From assembly GCA_937625935.1 (NCBI GenBank), contig OW569355.1, positions 248,001-312,000 on the forward strand: 64,000 nt of DNA, read 5' to 3'. This document shows, one piece after another, positions 44,401-56,738 of the stretch; position 1 is the stretch's first letter, and every line of letters begins with the position of its first letter. A model generated the notes under the pieces. That model was not told where the DNA came from. It did no database searches and was given only the letters and a program-made list of their open reading frames with translations. The stretch is from Tetramitus jugosus. Taxonomy: Eukaryota; Protista; Heterolobosea. Made by a program: the position numbers and the translations under genes.

Positions 44401-44744
44401 ATCTATTGCCTTTTGTCAGTCAAAACAACTTATAAATCTCAGGCGCTGGTGTGTCCACATTGAATTCGGATTTAGCATGGAATGTTGGATTCATAGAAAT
44501 CACACATCATTGAAATATACAATCACTCCAGCAGCATACTCAGCACTCATAACTTTGTCCCCATCACAACCACACACTTCAGTATGGGTCCTATTTTATT
44601 GTCGCGAAAATTGCCGACGAAAAATGTTCATCGATTCCCTTGAACATTCAATAAAAACCTTGTGTGAAAACAGTCAGAAAAAACAACAACATCAAAACAA
44701 GCAATCATCTGTCTCCCGCACCAACACACAACAATAACAACAAA

Positions 44745-46307
44745 ATGCAGGTGTTAACAGAAACAAACTTTCCAAAGGAAATTCAAGTGAGTTTCACCAC
44801 AAAATCCTTTCCACACAAGACTCCAGAGACTCCATTCACTGTTCCTAGTGAAATGACACGTTTTGGTCTATCTGAACTTGTGAATCATTTGTTACGAGAT
44901 GATTTGAGTGGTGAGATTGTGCCATTTGAGTTCTTGGTCGAATACAGAGAAGGAAAGAAGGTCTTTTTGCGAACTTCACTTGCAAAATTTTTTGTCAAAA
45001 TACAACAGTATCCAGTATGTGTGGCATTTCATTTTTTCTCATGTGTTTGTGACGACAACACATTCTCACACTGCTTTTCTTTCAAAAAATGGAAAAAATT
45101 TCCGTCCGTGATGAATTTGGCGCCAAAAAAATAGGAAAGCGTAATTACGTTGGAGTATGTGGAGTCTACTCCGCCACCAAAGCACGTGGATACTATACCT
45201 CATGATGACTGGGTATCCGCCATTAGCAGACAAGTTGATTTTTCTTCCAAGAGCAACACTGAATATGTGTTCTCTGGTTCCTATGACGGAGTGGTGCGAT
45301 TGATGGAATTTCCATTGAAAAAGAATCAAAAATCAACCAGCGACAATAACACTAGTGCTGCCAGTGGACAAGTCTTGCTCAAGACACATGCTCTATCGAG
45401 TCCCATTACATCGATTCACGGTTATTTGAACAAGTCGGGTGATGAATTGATGAGATATGTTGTGAGTTGTCAGGATGAAACACTTCGTTTGTACACTGTG
45501 AGAAAACAACAGCAACAACAAGAAGAAGGTTCGAACAAGTTGCGCGTTGATTTGAAGGTGAGATTCAAGGGACACGAAGACACCATTACATCGACCGATA
45601 TTAACTCCTCTTTGACCATGTGCTGCACGGGAAGTGATGACAAGACGGTTAGAATTTGGGATTTGAAGAATTTTGGTGCTGCAGTGTCATCTACGAACGA
45701 TGATGAAGATGAATCGCAACCAAAGAAGAAGCGCCGTGTCAATGTTGAAGTCGCAGAGGGACAACCAGTTGCAAAACTCACTGGACACATTCTAGGTGTG
45801 TCTCACGTCAAGTATTCACCCGTTGGTGATGCGATTATTAGTGCTGGTATGGATCACACGATCCGTACTCATGATCTGACCACAGGAAGCAACTCTAATA
45901 CGATACATGGTTCCAAGCCTGCTACCTGCATTGCACCACACGTTCAATTCAGTACCAATCCAATTATTTTGAGTTCCTATCCTGATCACATTGTCCGTCT
46001 TCATGATTCCAGAGTCGCTGGTAAGGCTCAAATCTTTAAGTCTCACAAGGCATGGGTCAGAGGTGTCCAATGGATAAATAAGAGTGGTAATGCATCGAGT
46101 GATGTCACATCCTTCTTCTCATGGGGAGATGACAATCATTTGAAGGTGTGGGACCTGAGAAGTGCTGTTCCGGTTCACAGCTTCAAGCACAGCGATAAGG
46201 AACAGAGCAGATGGGTGAGCGATTGGAAAGTACTTGCTGGATGCGCCATATCAGATGGTATTCTCAGTGGTGGTAGTGACTGTATGCTCAAGAAACATCT
46301 CGTATAA
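44745..46307 (+). CDS. WDR12: Ribosome biogenesis protein Ytm1/WDR12 (intron 45015..45134)
   Basis: NLE domain LSELVNHLL...PFEFLV...FLRTSL|ESVITLEY; PHDDWVSAI; SGSYDG; WD40 repeats; VWDLRS...GGSD. Confidence 0.92.
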
Positions 46308-46446
46308 AAGGAATATTATCTCTCTTTCCCTTTTATGTGCTCATTTTTCTGTTCCCGCCTCTCATGCGGAGTTGAATGAAATCTACGATTCAATGAAGGA
46401 AGAGAGAACAAATAAAAGTTCTCTCAGCAATTTGTTTGTTTGGTTC

Positions 46447-48396
46447 ATGGGTAACGTTTGTGGCAATACAAGAAGACAAGTAGAACTCGAGGCGAAGCAG
46501 GAAGAGTCAAGAGGCAACTCTGAACAACCTCCATCCATTACTCCTCTCAAGAGTCCTGCTTTGAAAAAGAGTAAATCTGCATTGCTGTTGCTCAGTCCTG
46601 TAGCTCTCTTTTCTCCCAGAAATCATGGGAATGAGGAGGAAGTGCTAGATGTCGAAATTTCCGATGAATTGGTGTGTAATTACTCTGTTGTGACCTAATA
46701 TTGGCTTTTTGAAGGAAGTATCTAAAACTATTTATCATAGCTTCATTCACCTCAAGACCATGCTGGAGTAGTTGATTGGAGTAATGATAACGTACGTTCG
46801 ATTGTAGCGAATGCAGATGAGTTTGCTAGCAATATTTCTTCGACAACCTCTTGGACAATACAATCCCTATCTGACCATTTGTTGAGGTCAGTATCTCAAG
46901 CTTATTCCATCTTTGAGAAGCATCTCTATCTTTCCAGGTGTGTAGTACGATGGATATTTTCCAATATCAAGTATGACGAAGAAGGAGAGTCACGGGGTGA
47001 ATACACAAAGAATTCCTCCAGAGCTAATATTGCCTCCAGTTGTATCTCTTCCAAAAAGAGCGATAGATTTGGATTAGCAGTACTATTGTTCATGCTGTTG
47101 GAGAAAATGGATACACCAGTAGTTATCATTAATGGTTGGATAAATCCATGTGTGGGTGTAAATTACTCGACAACAACCCACACCTGGAATGCGATATGCA
47201 TAGACCAAAGTTGGTATCTAGTGGATATGTTTAGTTTAATCTCGAATGAGGACAACAATGATCTATCGAGTCGATTCTTCTTGCCTACACCGGAGGAGTT
47301 TGTGTTAGACCATCTCCCAGAACAGAGAGAATGGCAACTATTAAAGAATCCAGTGAATAAGGAAGATTTTGCCAAGATGGCTACCTTTGAGAAAGAATTC
47401 GATGAGATGGGTTTCAGAATGTTAGACAACAGGTTCAGTCGATTCTATATTACATGTACAAATCAGATTTCAATCCCATTCGAAGTATCTTCAGAAGAGG
47501 TAATTGAAGGAGCGATTGTTGTGGGCGAACTGACTCCTATTGACCACGAATATCCATCGTGGTTAGAAGATAGGAGTTTTATTATGTTTCGCAAAGATGT
47601 TTCCAAAAGACAGGTAGTGCTCGATTGCACTCTCCCCTATGTGGGAAAGTTTAACTTGACTGTGTTTGGTGGAAACAAAAAACAGGATGGAGGATTTTAC
47701 TTACACAAGTTTGTTGACTATCAGATTGAGAGTACAACTCCTATTGATGTGAATGAAGATAATTATCAACAACATTGTTTGGGATATCCTAGAGTCTTCC
47801 GTTCATATGATCCTAACTTAGAGACTCTCATAGCTCCATCCATTGCCTACTTTAAGTTCGATAAGCCAATCGAATTTAAGTTGTGGTCTGCAAGAGCTGA
47901 GCAAATGGTTCTCGTTAATGACAAGAACTGGTACGAATTCAAGAAAGAACCAATTGAAAATGGTTCACACTTTTCACTCTCTCTTCCTCAAGGATTGACG
48001 CCTGCCAGTACAAAGATCTACTCTTGCCAGCCATCTTCGATGATATTTGTCCCCATCTTAGAATACCCTCACGAAGGACGGGAAAGTACTCAAATGTCGA
48101 GTAACTGTTTCCGTTATGGAGTCTACATTTATGATATCAGAGTAGTACTAGATGAATGCACGATCGAGTTCAGAACACGTTCCGAAATGGATATTAATTG
48201 CAATTTGGTCCTATTGGAGGAAGGAGGAGAAACCATAGTCAATGAGCAACAAATGAAAACAACACGAACAGATGACAAGGTGAACATCCAAATTCAATTC
48301 CCTAAACCTGGAGTCTACATATTCGATTGTATTGGAAAAACTTCAACCATTTTCCCTCTGTTCACTGTCACTCTCGAGTGTCTTCACCGGAAGTAA
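46447..48396 (+). CDS. KY/Hillarin/Cyk3-like transglutaminase-fold protein (intron 46672..46740)
   Basis: WIFSNIKYD, HTWNAICIDQSWYLVD, FFLPTPEEFVLDHLPEQREWQLLKNPV, Ig-like C-terminal repeats; N-terminal MGNVCG acylation motif. Confidence 0.82.
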
Positions 48397-48538
48397 AGTT
48401 AGAATTTTGAAAAGGTACTGCAACTTCCAGCTTGTCTATCATTCTCTCATCGTGAAGCTTCACAATTCACTTGGAGCTTGCCAAACTTTGCCACTCGAGC
48501 ACAAAAAATCATCGAAACAATCGAACGCTTCACTGATC

Positions 48539-51500
48539 ATGAACAACACAATGATGATCATACCGCCATCACAAACACCAACTCTGCCTTACATGGGCCC
48601 AACATTCAACCCATCATCACCACCATTCATCACAACCAACAACCATAGTCAACAAAATCATCCAAATGGTAGCACGGCAGCAGTTTCTTTTCGAGTTCAT
48701 TTGCACAATGTGCATGCCAAGCTCTTTTCCCAATCATCAGAAACAGACCTGGATCAAGCACCACTTTCAAACAACAAAAACAATTGGTTTTTGAATGTGA
48801 ATTTTGCCCAGTTTCAAAGCTTTCAAAAGCAAGGTGTGTTAGCTCTCAATTCTAACAACAATAACAACAAGAGTGATGCTGTGAATAGCTCAAGTGAAGA
48901 AGTGGATTGGACATTGGATCGTAGTTTTGTCTATGAGACAAAATTCGTAGAGTTTCTAAGTCAAAAGCACCTTGTGATGCGATTGTACTCTTCTAGCTCA
49001 GTGGATACTACCAGTAAGAGCAACAAGAACAGCAACAAGAGCAAGAATAGAGGTGAGCCGAGTGATGAACTGACTGTTTTTGTTTCTCAAGTCAAGATTG
49101 ATCTCTATACACTTGCCTGTGGAACGAAACATCATGAATTGGTACTGCTGGATGAACAGGAGAAACAAATTGGAGTACTGTATGCGGATGTGAGTATGGA
49201 GCAGGTGAGTGAAGTTCAGTTGTGCATTCGATCGATTCATGTATCGATGATGCAGCAGCTTCATGCAAGTATGGATAATATGGACGATCATCAGATTCAT
49301 CTTGTGTATCGACACACGGGTGCCAATTCAAAGGTGTACCATACGGACACATTGAGTCATAATGAGAATAGTGCATCGCCATTGTCTTCATTTTGGCAGA
49401 ACTTGAAACCATTGTGCTTCAATTGCACACTGAAGGAATTGTTGCAAGAGTCCATTACGATTCAAGTGGTTCGCAAGTGGCAACTACAATATGTTTCTGT
49501 TGCTTTCTGTAGAATACCATTGGTGCAAGTGATTTCCCTGAATCATGGGCAGACCATTCCATTCAATGGAGCTCTTGTTTTTAATGATATGATATGTGGC
49601 AGTATAAATTGCTTGGTGGAGTCAAGGAACGTACCTGTCTTCTCTCAGTTGACGAATGGAAAGAACGTAGGGCATGGAATTGTTGGTGGTTCGATGTTAT
49701 ACAAGGGCGTACGAGTTCCAACGGTTCCTCGCTTCTCTAATGATGCAGAGGCACAACATCACCTCAAGATGCAGACAGAGCAAATGCAAGAAGAGAAGAA
49801 GGCACAAGCACCTTCATTTGACCCTCAACAATTTGTTGACACTGAAGATGTACCAACGAATCGCGAAGTCTCGCAACTTTTGTCTCAATCGAGCAACTTG
49901 AAACTATCCGACGATCGACTAAGTGCCATGTATCACATGTCCTCTGGTATCTGTGTGCCAGCATGTGTGAAATCATCCAGTTCCATTTACGACCTAAATT
50001 ATCAGTACTATGAAATTACTATTCTTGATTCTGGGGATCGCGATTTAATCACCATTGGATTATCTCCCCAATCGTTCGCATATACCTCACAGCCTGGTGT
50101 GAATGACGTATCGTATGGTTATAAGTCGGAGAGTGGCAACATTATCCACGGCGCAAAGAGTACGCAATATGGCCCTGCATATACGATAGGAGATACCATT
50201 GGTTGTGGAGTGAGTACAGAAGGGACAGTGTATTTTACGAAAAATGGACAACTTCTAGGAGTAGCCTTCTATCCAATCACAAGCAAAATCTCAAACAATG
50301 ATCTATTCTGTACAGTGGCTCTTCACTCTAAAAACTCTAGGATCAGAGTGAATTTTGGCCAAGAACGATTTAAGTTTAATATCAAAAGTGCTCGAATGCC
50401 ATGTGGATGGAGATTGAATGAAGAGCTCGATCAATTTGGTCGCTTTTATTTTGTGTCAGTGAAAGGTGAAAAGACCTTTGTGGATCCTCGAACAACAACA
50501 GCCACATGGAAAGAACAGAATGACTGTACATCTGAGCGCTTATGTAATACATTGCAGCGTTCCTTGACGATATCATACTCATCTCAACAAAATAAGCCAA
50601 ATGAATATGATAAAACTTCGAAATGGCTGGGAATACGCTCGGATCGAGTATTGAATGCACTGAGGATGGTACCAAGATCTGCTTTCGTTCCTGAAGAACT
50701 CATCGCCTCCGCCAATATTGGTCAACATACTTCTGTTGACATCAATGATGTCTCTTTCGATCTAACCTCCACATTAGTTATTGCCCGGGCGCTAGATGAG
50801 TTTTCTTTGAAACAAGGAGATCGGTTTATGGAAATCGGTTCTGGTTGTGGTTTTATGACAGCCTTGGCTGGATTGATTGTTGGAAATGCTGGGACGTCAT
50901 GCGGTATCGATATTAACATTGCCGCTGTCCAATTCGCGAGAAACAAAGTGAGTGAATTTACAAAGCAGACGGGTATACCGTTAGAATCGGTCCTGTTTGC
51001 AAAGCGAAACATCTTCATGACCCACAATACAAGAAGACCCCACAATATTATAGATGATTGTATTCTCAACATGGCTTTTACCTTTCCTGCAACCAAACCA
51101 AGAGGTAACCCTCTTTTGACGGAATATAATGCAATATTTTGTGGTTTGGAAGTTCAGAGCAGCCAAATCGATACTCTTAAGCGATATACAAAGAAGGGTG
51201 GCTGTATTATCACATGTGTGAATGGAAAACTAGTAAAGTTATGCCAAAAGGGAACAAAGTGGACACAAACTGTTTTAATGAACTTGCCTCCTGATAGCAT
51301 ATCTCAGGCAGTGCTACCAACGCCATTGGAAGAACGAGAAGACAAGCTAAATACTATTCGTGACACTCTTGCAGATATGGGATATTCTCCAGAGAGAATT
51401 GAATCGGGCTTGGATCATATTGTCAAAAACATGGATGCTGAATCGGACACCGAGTTTAACGATTCTCATATACAAGCCGCAATGTTAAACTTCTGTCATG

Positions 51501-51907
51501 TAGCCCATCATCCTAGTCTCACCCCATTCAATTTCTCGACAGAGGAAATATTCGATGCCATAGAATCATTCAAAGGTACTTCGAGTTATGGAGCCGGAAA
51601 CATTGAGATTTTGATTTATCTGTCAAACATCAGAAACTTCACGCACCAATTCGGTTTTCCCACCAAGAAGGTCAAAGAGGTGTTCCAATATCTGCACTGT
51701 AATCTGGAGTCAATCCAACGATTCTTGGCAGATGCCAAATATTGTCGAGACCGCTTGATGGGTGCAAAGAAGTCGTCAGCGAAGATTGATGATCTTGAGA
51801 CTCGAGTAAATGAAAGTCACAGCTCTACGAGAGATATATTTCACGCTCTGATGACATTCAACAACGCCGAGACTGCTCTGATGCAACTGATGAGGGATCA
51901 ACAATAA
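48539..51907 (+). CDS. Multidomain C2-C2-SPRY-WW-PIMT/PCMTD-like-UBA-like protein
   Basis: SPRY YYEITILD...IGL...PG...SYGY...G...YGP.Y..GDTIGCG...YFTKNG.LLGVAF...VNFGQ..FKF; WW-like MPCGW...GRFYFV...TFVDPR; SAM motif EIGSGCG; UBA-like LADMGYS. Confidence 0.85.
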   Translation: MNNTMMIIPPSQTPTLPYMGPTFNPSSPPFITTNNHSQQNHPNGSTAAVSFRVHLHNVHAKLFSQSSETDLDQAPLSNNKNNWFLNVNFAQFQSFQKQGVLALNSNNNNNKSDAVNSSSEEVDWTLDRSFVYETKFVEFLSQKHLVMRLYSSSSVDTTSKSNKNSNKSKNRGEPSDELTVFVSQVKIDLYTLACGTKHHELVLLDEQEKQIGVLYADVSMEQVSEVQLCIRSIHVSMMQQLHASMDNMDDHQIHLVYRHTGANSKVYHTDTLSHNENSASPLSSFWQNLKPLCFNCTLKELLQESITIQVVRKWQLQYVSVAFCRIPLVQVISLNHGQTIPFNGALVFNDMICGSINCLVESRNVPVFSQLTNGKNVGHGIVGGSMLYKGVRVPTVPRFSNDAEAQHHLKMQTEQMQEEKKAQAPSFDPQQFVDTEDVPTNREVSQLLSQSSNLKLSDDRLSAMYHMSSGICVPACVKSSSSIYDLNYQYYEITILDSGDRDLITIGLSPQSFAYTSQPGVNDVSYGYKSESGNIIHGAKSTQYGPAYTIGDTIGCGVSTEGTVYFTKNGQLLGVAFYPITSKISNNDLFCTVALHSKNSRIRVNFGQERFKFNIKSARMPCGWRLNEELDQFGRFYFVSVKGEKTFVDPRTTTATWKEQNDCTSERLCNTLQRSLTISYSSQQNKPNEYDKTSKWLGIRSDRVLNALRMVPRSAFVPEELIASANIGQHTSVDINDVSFDLTSTLVIARALDEFSLKQGDRFMEIGSGCGFMTALAGLIVGNAGTSCGIDINIAAVQFARNKVSEFTKQTGIPLESVLFAKRNIFMTHNTRRPHNIIDDCILNMAFTFPATKPRGNPLLTEYNAIFCGLEVQSSQIDTLKRYTKKGGCIITCVNGKLVKLCQKGTKWTQTVLMNLPPDSISQAVLPTPLEEREDKLNTIRDTLADMGYSPERIESGLDHIVKNMDAESDTEFNDSHIQAAMLNFCHVAHHPSLTPFNFSTEEIFDAIESFKGTSSYGAGNIEILIYLSNIRNFTHQFGFPTKKVKEVFQYLHCNLESIQRFLADAKYCRDRLMGAKKSSAKIDDLETRVNESHSSTRDIFHALMTFNNAETALMQLMRDQQ

Positions 51908-51928
51908 CACCCGATACTCAATGATAAA

Positions 51929-54208
51929 TTAATTTACGGATATTTTTTGAGCTCGCTTCATAGCTGAATGAAGATATGAAATCCATTCTTGCCTTTCGTT
52001 TTCAGTTGATACCTTGACTACGAATACTCTCTGTTCTTTTGTTTTGATCGAGAAACATGGACTTTCATCTCCTTTAAGGAGTCCATGCTCTTGAATCTCG
52101 CACTTTTCTAAAGATATCTCCAGTGGTTTCAGACTCTTTATCTGCTTGTAGCATTTCATAAATGCGCCCTGCTGTGGAAGAACAAGCCACCTATCCTTCC
52201 AAACATATCTTCGTTCAGACCCTTTCATAAGATAGTGAAGTACTTTAACATTGCCGCACTTCAATATAACTTCGACTGAACCATCCTCGATTAGTTCATC
52301 ATCATCCAGATCATCCAGCATCTCAGTATCATTGTTTAGTGATTGTTTCATCTTCTTAAAACCTGCTCGCAGAGGTACTATCAGCTTCTGACTTCTGTTG
52401 GAGCACGTACTCGTGTTGGCGTTTGAAGGTGATGAGAGAGGAGTTCGTAACTTTTTCCATGAAGCATCTTCAACATTCGGTGATTCTAACTCGTCTCTAA
52501 GAAGCCGATTTTCGTTCTCTAACAGTTGAATATACTGCCTTAACTCTTGCTTCTCGGTATCATCAGGAGAAAACACATTATCTCCAAGCAAGACAACCTC
52601 GTCCCCTAAGTCTCCTTCAAATCTATCTTCTGACATTTCGCTCTCGACCTTCAAATCTTTCTGTAGTTTACTGTTCTGTGTGATTAGTTTGAACACTTGT
52701 TGTCGAAGACTTTGTATTTCTAACAACATGTCCCTTGTCTTTTCTCGGTACAATCTCTGATTCAATTCTTCTCTGACTTCGTGAGCCTCATTGTCTATTC
52801 TAAGGTTTGCAACCTCTTCCTTTGTTTGTTGCAGATCGTCTAGAAGACTCTGGCTCAAATGATTGTTGATATCTTGTGTAGTGAATGCTCCATCTCGTAA
52901 GGTTGCTAGTTCATCTTCGAGCCTTGTATTTAACAATTCCAACTCCTGTATTCTATCCAAACTCTCCTTTAGTCTCCTTCTAATTTCGTCTGCTCCCACC
53001 TCAAGATTCACCTTTGGTTTGTTCTTGATACTCTTTGCACTTAATCCAAACCTGAGTGTTGACAAAGTTTCTTCTTCATTCCAACTACAAGGAGAACAAT
53101 TGATTAGAAGTGTTGTTCTGGAATTGCCTCCCAGAGAATCTTGCAATAACTTAGTCAGTTTACTTTCTCGGTAGGGCACGTGACCTTGATTCTTTTCTGT
53201 TAAAGCGTTTATCACTTTCCCTAATGTTGTTAAGCTCTGATTAATGCTCTTAGCTTCTTCTAACCTTATGCCTGAAGCAGCTGTCTTAAACACCTTCTCA
53301 CTTCCTGCCAAATCAACAATATAAAACTTGCTAGAAATAGTTTGAGATGTCACAATGCTTCTCTGAGTAATGGTAAGCGATAAGATGGAATGACTCCTGG
53401 AACTGTCAGTGTTCATACTCGTGGATGAAATTCTACGATTCTTGTTTCCTAGCTTCAAAATGTTGTACACTTCTGCATCGGATGCGACATAAAACTCTGT
53501 TAAATCGGCAACAAAGAATCCTCTTCCTCCCTTTTCCTCCTTCACTTGAAGATTAATCTTTATGGGATCCAAGAGATCGTTCACTCTCTCCATGTAAATT
53601 TCAAACAAAGACACCTTGACCGTAAACTCTAAATCATCAGAGGCTCTATCAATCGAATCAAATAGCTCGTCAATTATTCTAGGAGCTAATCCCCTTTGAT
53701 CGGTGTCCGATTTGGTTTTCGCTTTGGGTAAATTCATCATTGTAAATGTTTTACCAGCTGATGTCTGACCATAAGCAAAAACTGTTGCGTTGTATCCTCG
53801 TAGTACATCTATTGCATCAATATCTGAGTTAATAATTACGAACTGAATACTGGCATGAGATCCAAAAGAAAACAAACCTTCGACCAATGGTTTTCCAACA
53901 GTTTCAAACACTTCTTTTTGAGTTGAAGAACAACCCAGTACCTTATCAAACGAGAACATAAGATCTTTCTTGTTCTAGACAGTCAAGAAGAGTTAGTGAA
54001 AATGATACCCGATAATAAATGAGAATGAATATACTATTTGTACCTTAATCTCAATAGACTTGTCATCAATAAACCGAATCCCAACATCTCGGTCAACCTC
54101 ATTCTGAATAGGAGGCCTAAATCTGCAAACAACTGTCACGCGATTTCTCGTGTCGTTGGATCCTGTTTGGTGGGGAGTCTTCCTATTTCGAAGTGGACTT
54201 TGCATCAT
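51929..54208 (-). CDS. Kinesin (kinesin-1-like motor) with C-terminal PH domain (introns 53975..54043, 53809..53877)
   Basis: VVCRFRP, P-loop YGQTSAGKT, SSRSH, DLAGSE, HVPYRESKLT; coiled coil; PH pattern WKDRWLVL...FSIKTKEQRVFVV...ERQEWISYL. Confidence 0.9.
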
Positions 54209-54359
54209 TTGATTGTGTCTGCGAGAGAAATGAGGAAAAAGGAGTCTTTCACCGGCGAAAGACTGTAACTGAACTCGTTTGAGCGGGATCTGCAATGAAC
54301 AAAGCGAAGTCTGAATCTGAACGGTTTCGTGCGAAAAATAATTGGAGGGGAAAACTAAT

Positions 54360-56453
54360 TTACTCAATCTTTGGTTTCTTGAGCAAACGTCTCACAGATG
54401 AAGGTATATAGGCAGATTTGGATTCAGGCTCCTCTGGTGCCTTCCTCTTCTTTGCTGCAGCTCTCAGTAACTTCATTTGCAGTTGTTGTTCCTTTTGTTT
54501 CTTAACCTTGTGGAGTAGTGCTCTTCTTTCGGCAATTTGTTGCTTTAATCGCTCAATTTCCTGTTTCTCTTCTTCTGTTGGTTCTCTCTCTTCTTCCTCC
54601 TCTTCTTGTTCTTCGGCATCTTGCTCAACTTCTCCATCATCGGATGCGTCATCAGTTGCAGATGTCCTTGTTTCTTCTTCTTCGTCTTCGTCCTCATCGC
54701 TGCTGTAGTGTGCTCCTTCAGGTATCAGCTTTAGCAACTCTTCATCGTCAACAACACCTTCTTCATTCGATGGTTCGTAGGTACCTTCTTCGGACTTGCT
54801 TGGCTCCTCTTCCAACTCTTCACCAATCACACCCTTGTAGATCTCATCCCAATCGTAAGCAGTGGTTTCTTCCTCGTTGGATGGTCTTGTCACCTTCTTC
54901 TTAATCTCTTCCTCATGTTCCTTTGGTATGTAACCGACACCATGACGGTCATCCTTTGTGAATTTTACATCCTCAGACAGCTTAATCTTGTGGAACAATT
55001 GATTCACCTTCAAATGCTTTGTCAACTCATCCATTTCAGCCTTTTCGATATCGTCTTCGAAAGGAGGAGAAGCGAACCATGGCAATCTACCTCTCTGCCA
55101 GTCAAAGATCATCTTTCTTGCAGTTAGAGTGTAATCTGGTTTACCACCCTTCTTGAGCTTACCAGTCTTTCTGGCCAATTGTTCCAAAAAGTCAAAGTGA
55201 TTCTTCCAGCTCATAATCTTGTAATGTCTCTGCAAGTACTCCTTCTTGACTCTGGACAAGAGAGTAGCAATATAGTCTGTTGGATCATCGAGACTCTCAG
55301 GTCTCACAACACCCTTCAACACTGTTTCGGCCTCACTGTCATGAGTAGCCGAGTGAACAACACCAGGGCAATCAATCAAGAAAATTCTACGCATGAGAGC
55401 AACGAATTGCCAGACCTTGGTCTCACCGGCAACAGGTGCAGCCTTACAAACCTTCTTCTTCCTCAGAGTGTTAATCACACTGCTCTTACCAACGTTTGGA
55501 TAACCAATGAAACCAACGGCAATACTCTTCTTGTCCTTGTGAATCTGTGCAAACTGTCTCAACAATTGAATGAGAGAACCTTTGCCAAACGGATTGTTAA
55601 TACTGGCGTGGAAGGCAATGGTTGGGCAGACTTGACTCAGAACCTTGACCCATCGAACAGTGACCCATGTTGGCACGAGATCACACTTGTTCAACACAAA
55701 CACCAAATGCTTGTACGGCTTCTCCTTCTTCAAATAATTTTCAATAAACTTGGAACGTGTGCCCATTGGATCTCTCACGTCCAACACTTGAACCAACACG
55801 TCGCTACTGTCGACCACCTTGTACAACTCACCCCAAAGTCTCTTGGACTGACCTCTCTGTAAAACTGGATTGTACAACTCTGTTTTGAACCAACCTGTAG
55901 TGTCCTTGATGTTTGTGTCATTGGATGGATCATATGACTCTGCACGCGACTCTGTGTGCTCCTTCATCTCACCCAAATCCGTAATGGCAAGTTTTGGCTT
56001 TTTTCTTTGCTTCTTTGGACCAAAAGTCTCTTCAAAATTGATTCGGTTCTTGATCTTAATCTTTTGCTCTTCTGGTTCCTTGAGCAATGACATTGGAATC
56101 TTTGCTTGCTTCATCAAAACAGTGTACGGATCGTGCACCTTGTTTGCCAATACCTCTCTAAAATTTTCCATTTCCTTTTGTCCAATGACACGCGTGTTTT
56201 GGAACCATTTTCTGTCTGGTTGAACACGAGCAACGTCTCCCTTGATTTGTTGTGATTTTGGTGTGACATAACCCTTGACAATCTCTCCCGTCTTTTTATC
56301 TCTCTTGACTTTGCCCTTGTACATGAGCAGTCTGTTGATGGTGGCATTGGTACGCAATTGATTGTTGTTTGAACTGGTCTTGCCCTTTGGAATCACACGG
56401 TTGGCCTTTAATGAACCACCGAGGTCCTTTTTAACTGTTTTACCCTTGACCAT
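54360..56453 (-). CDS. NOG2: Nucleolar GTP-binding protein 2
   Basis: [64 protein letters not shown]. Confidence 0.97.
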   Translation of the reverse strand: MVKGKTVKKDLGGSLKANRVIPKGKTSSNNNQLRTNATINRLLMYKGKVKRDKKTGEIVKGYVTPKSQQIKGDVARVQPDRKWFQNTRVIGQKEMENFREVLANKVHDPYTVLMKQAKIPMSLLKEPEEQKIKIKNRINFEETFGPKKQRKKPKLAITDLGEMKEHTESRAESYDPSNDTNIKDTTGWFKTELYNPVLQRGQSKRLWGELYKVVDSSDVLVQVLDVRDPMGTRSKFIENYLKKEKPYKHLVFVLNKCDLVPTWVTVRWVKVLSQVCPTIAFHASINNPFGKGSLIQLLRQFAQIHKDKKSIAVGFIGYPNVGKSSVINTLRKKKVCKAAPVAGETKVWQFVALMRRIFLIDCPGVVHSATHDSEAETVLKGVVRPESLDDPTDYIATLLSRVKKEYLQRHYKIMSWKNHFDFLEQLARKTGKLKKGGKPDYTLTARKMIFDWQRGRLPWFASPPFEDDIEKAEMDELTKHLKVNQLFHKIKLSEDVKFTKDDRHGVGYIPKEHEEEIKKKVTRPSNEEETTAYDWDEIYKGVIGEELEEEPSKSEEGTYEPSNEEGVVDDEELLKLIPEGAHYSSDEDEDEEEETRTSATDDASDDGEVEQDAEEQEEEEEEREPTEEEKQEIERLKQQIAERRALLHKVKKQKEQQLQMKLLRAAAKKRKAPEEPESKSAYIPSSVRRLLKKPKIE

Positions 56454-56738
56454 TTTTGTGTGTAAGTGTGTGTGGAGTGAGTGAGTTGTTGTTGTTTGAT
56501 AATTTTGTGTGTTGAAAGCTGCAGCAGCGGAGTCTTCGCCAAGCAAAAAAATTTTGTTGTTTTCACAACTTTGTCATTCAAGGCGCTTGTGGAAGGTGTT
56601 CTACTTGGTTGAACAATTTCTTTGACGCGCGAAAAATGAGCGGATAATTTTCTTGGATTTCACCGAAAAAGAGATTTCAGAGCAAGAAAATAAACAACTA
56701 CCGCGGTCGTCTCTCGAGATCTCTTTCACGACAAACAA

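Noticed and set aside
55179-55862. 227-aa ORF antisense to NOG2 (and similar antisense ORFs over other genes)
   Set aside because: Explained by TpA-poor codon usage of the sense gene, which removes antisense stop codons.
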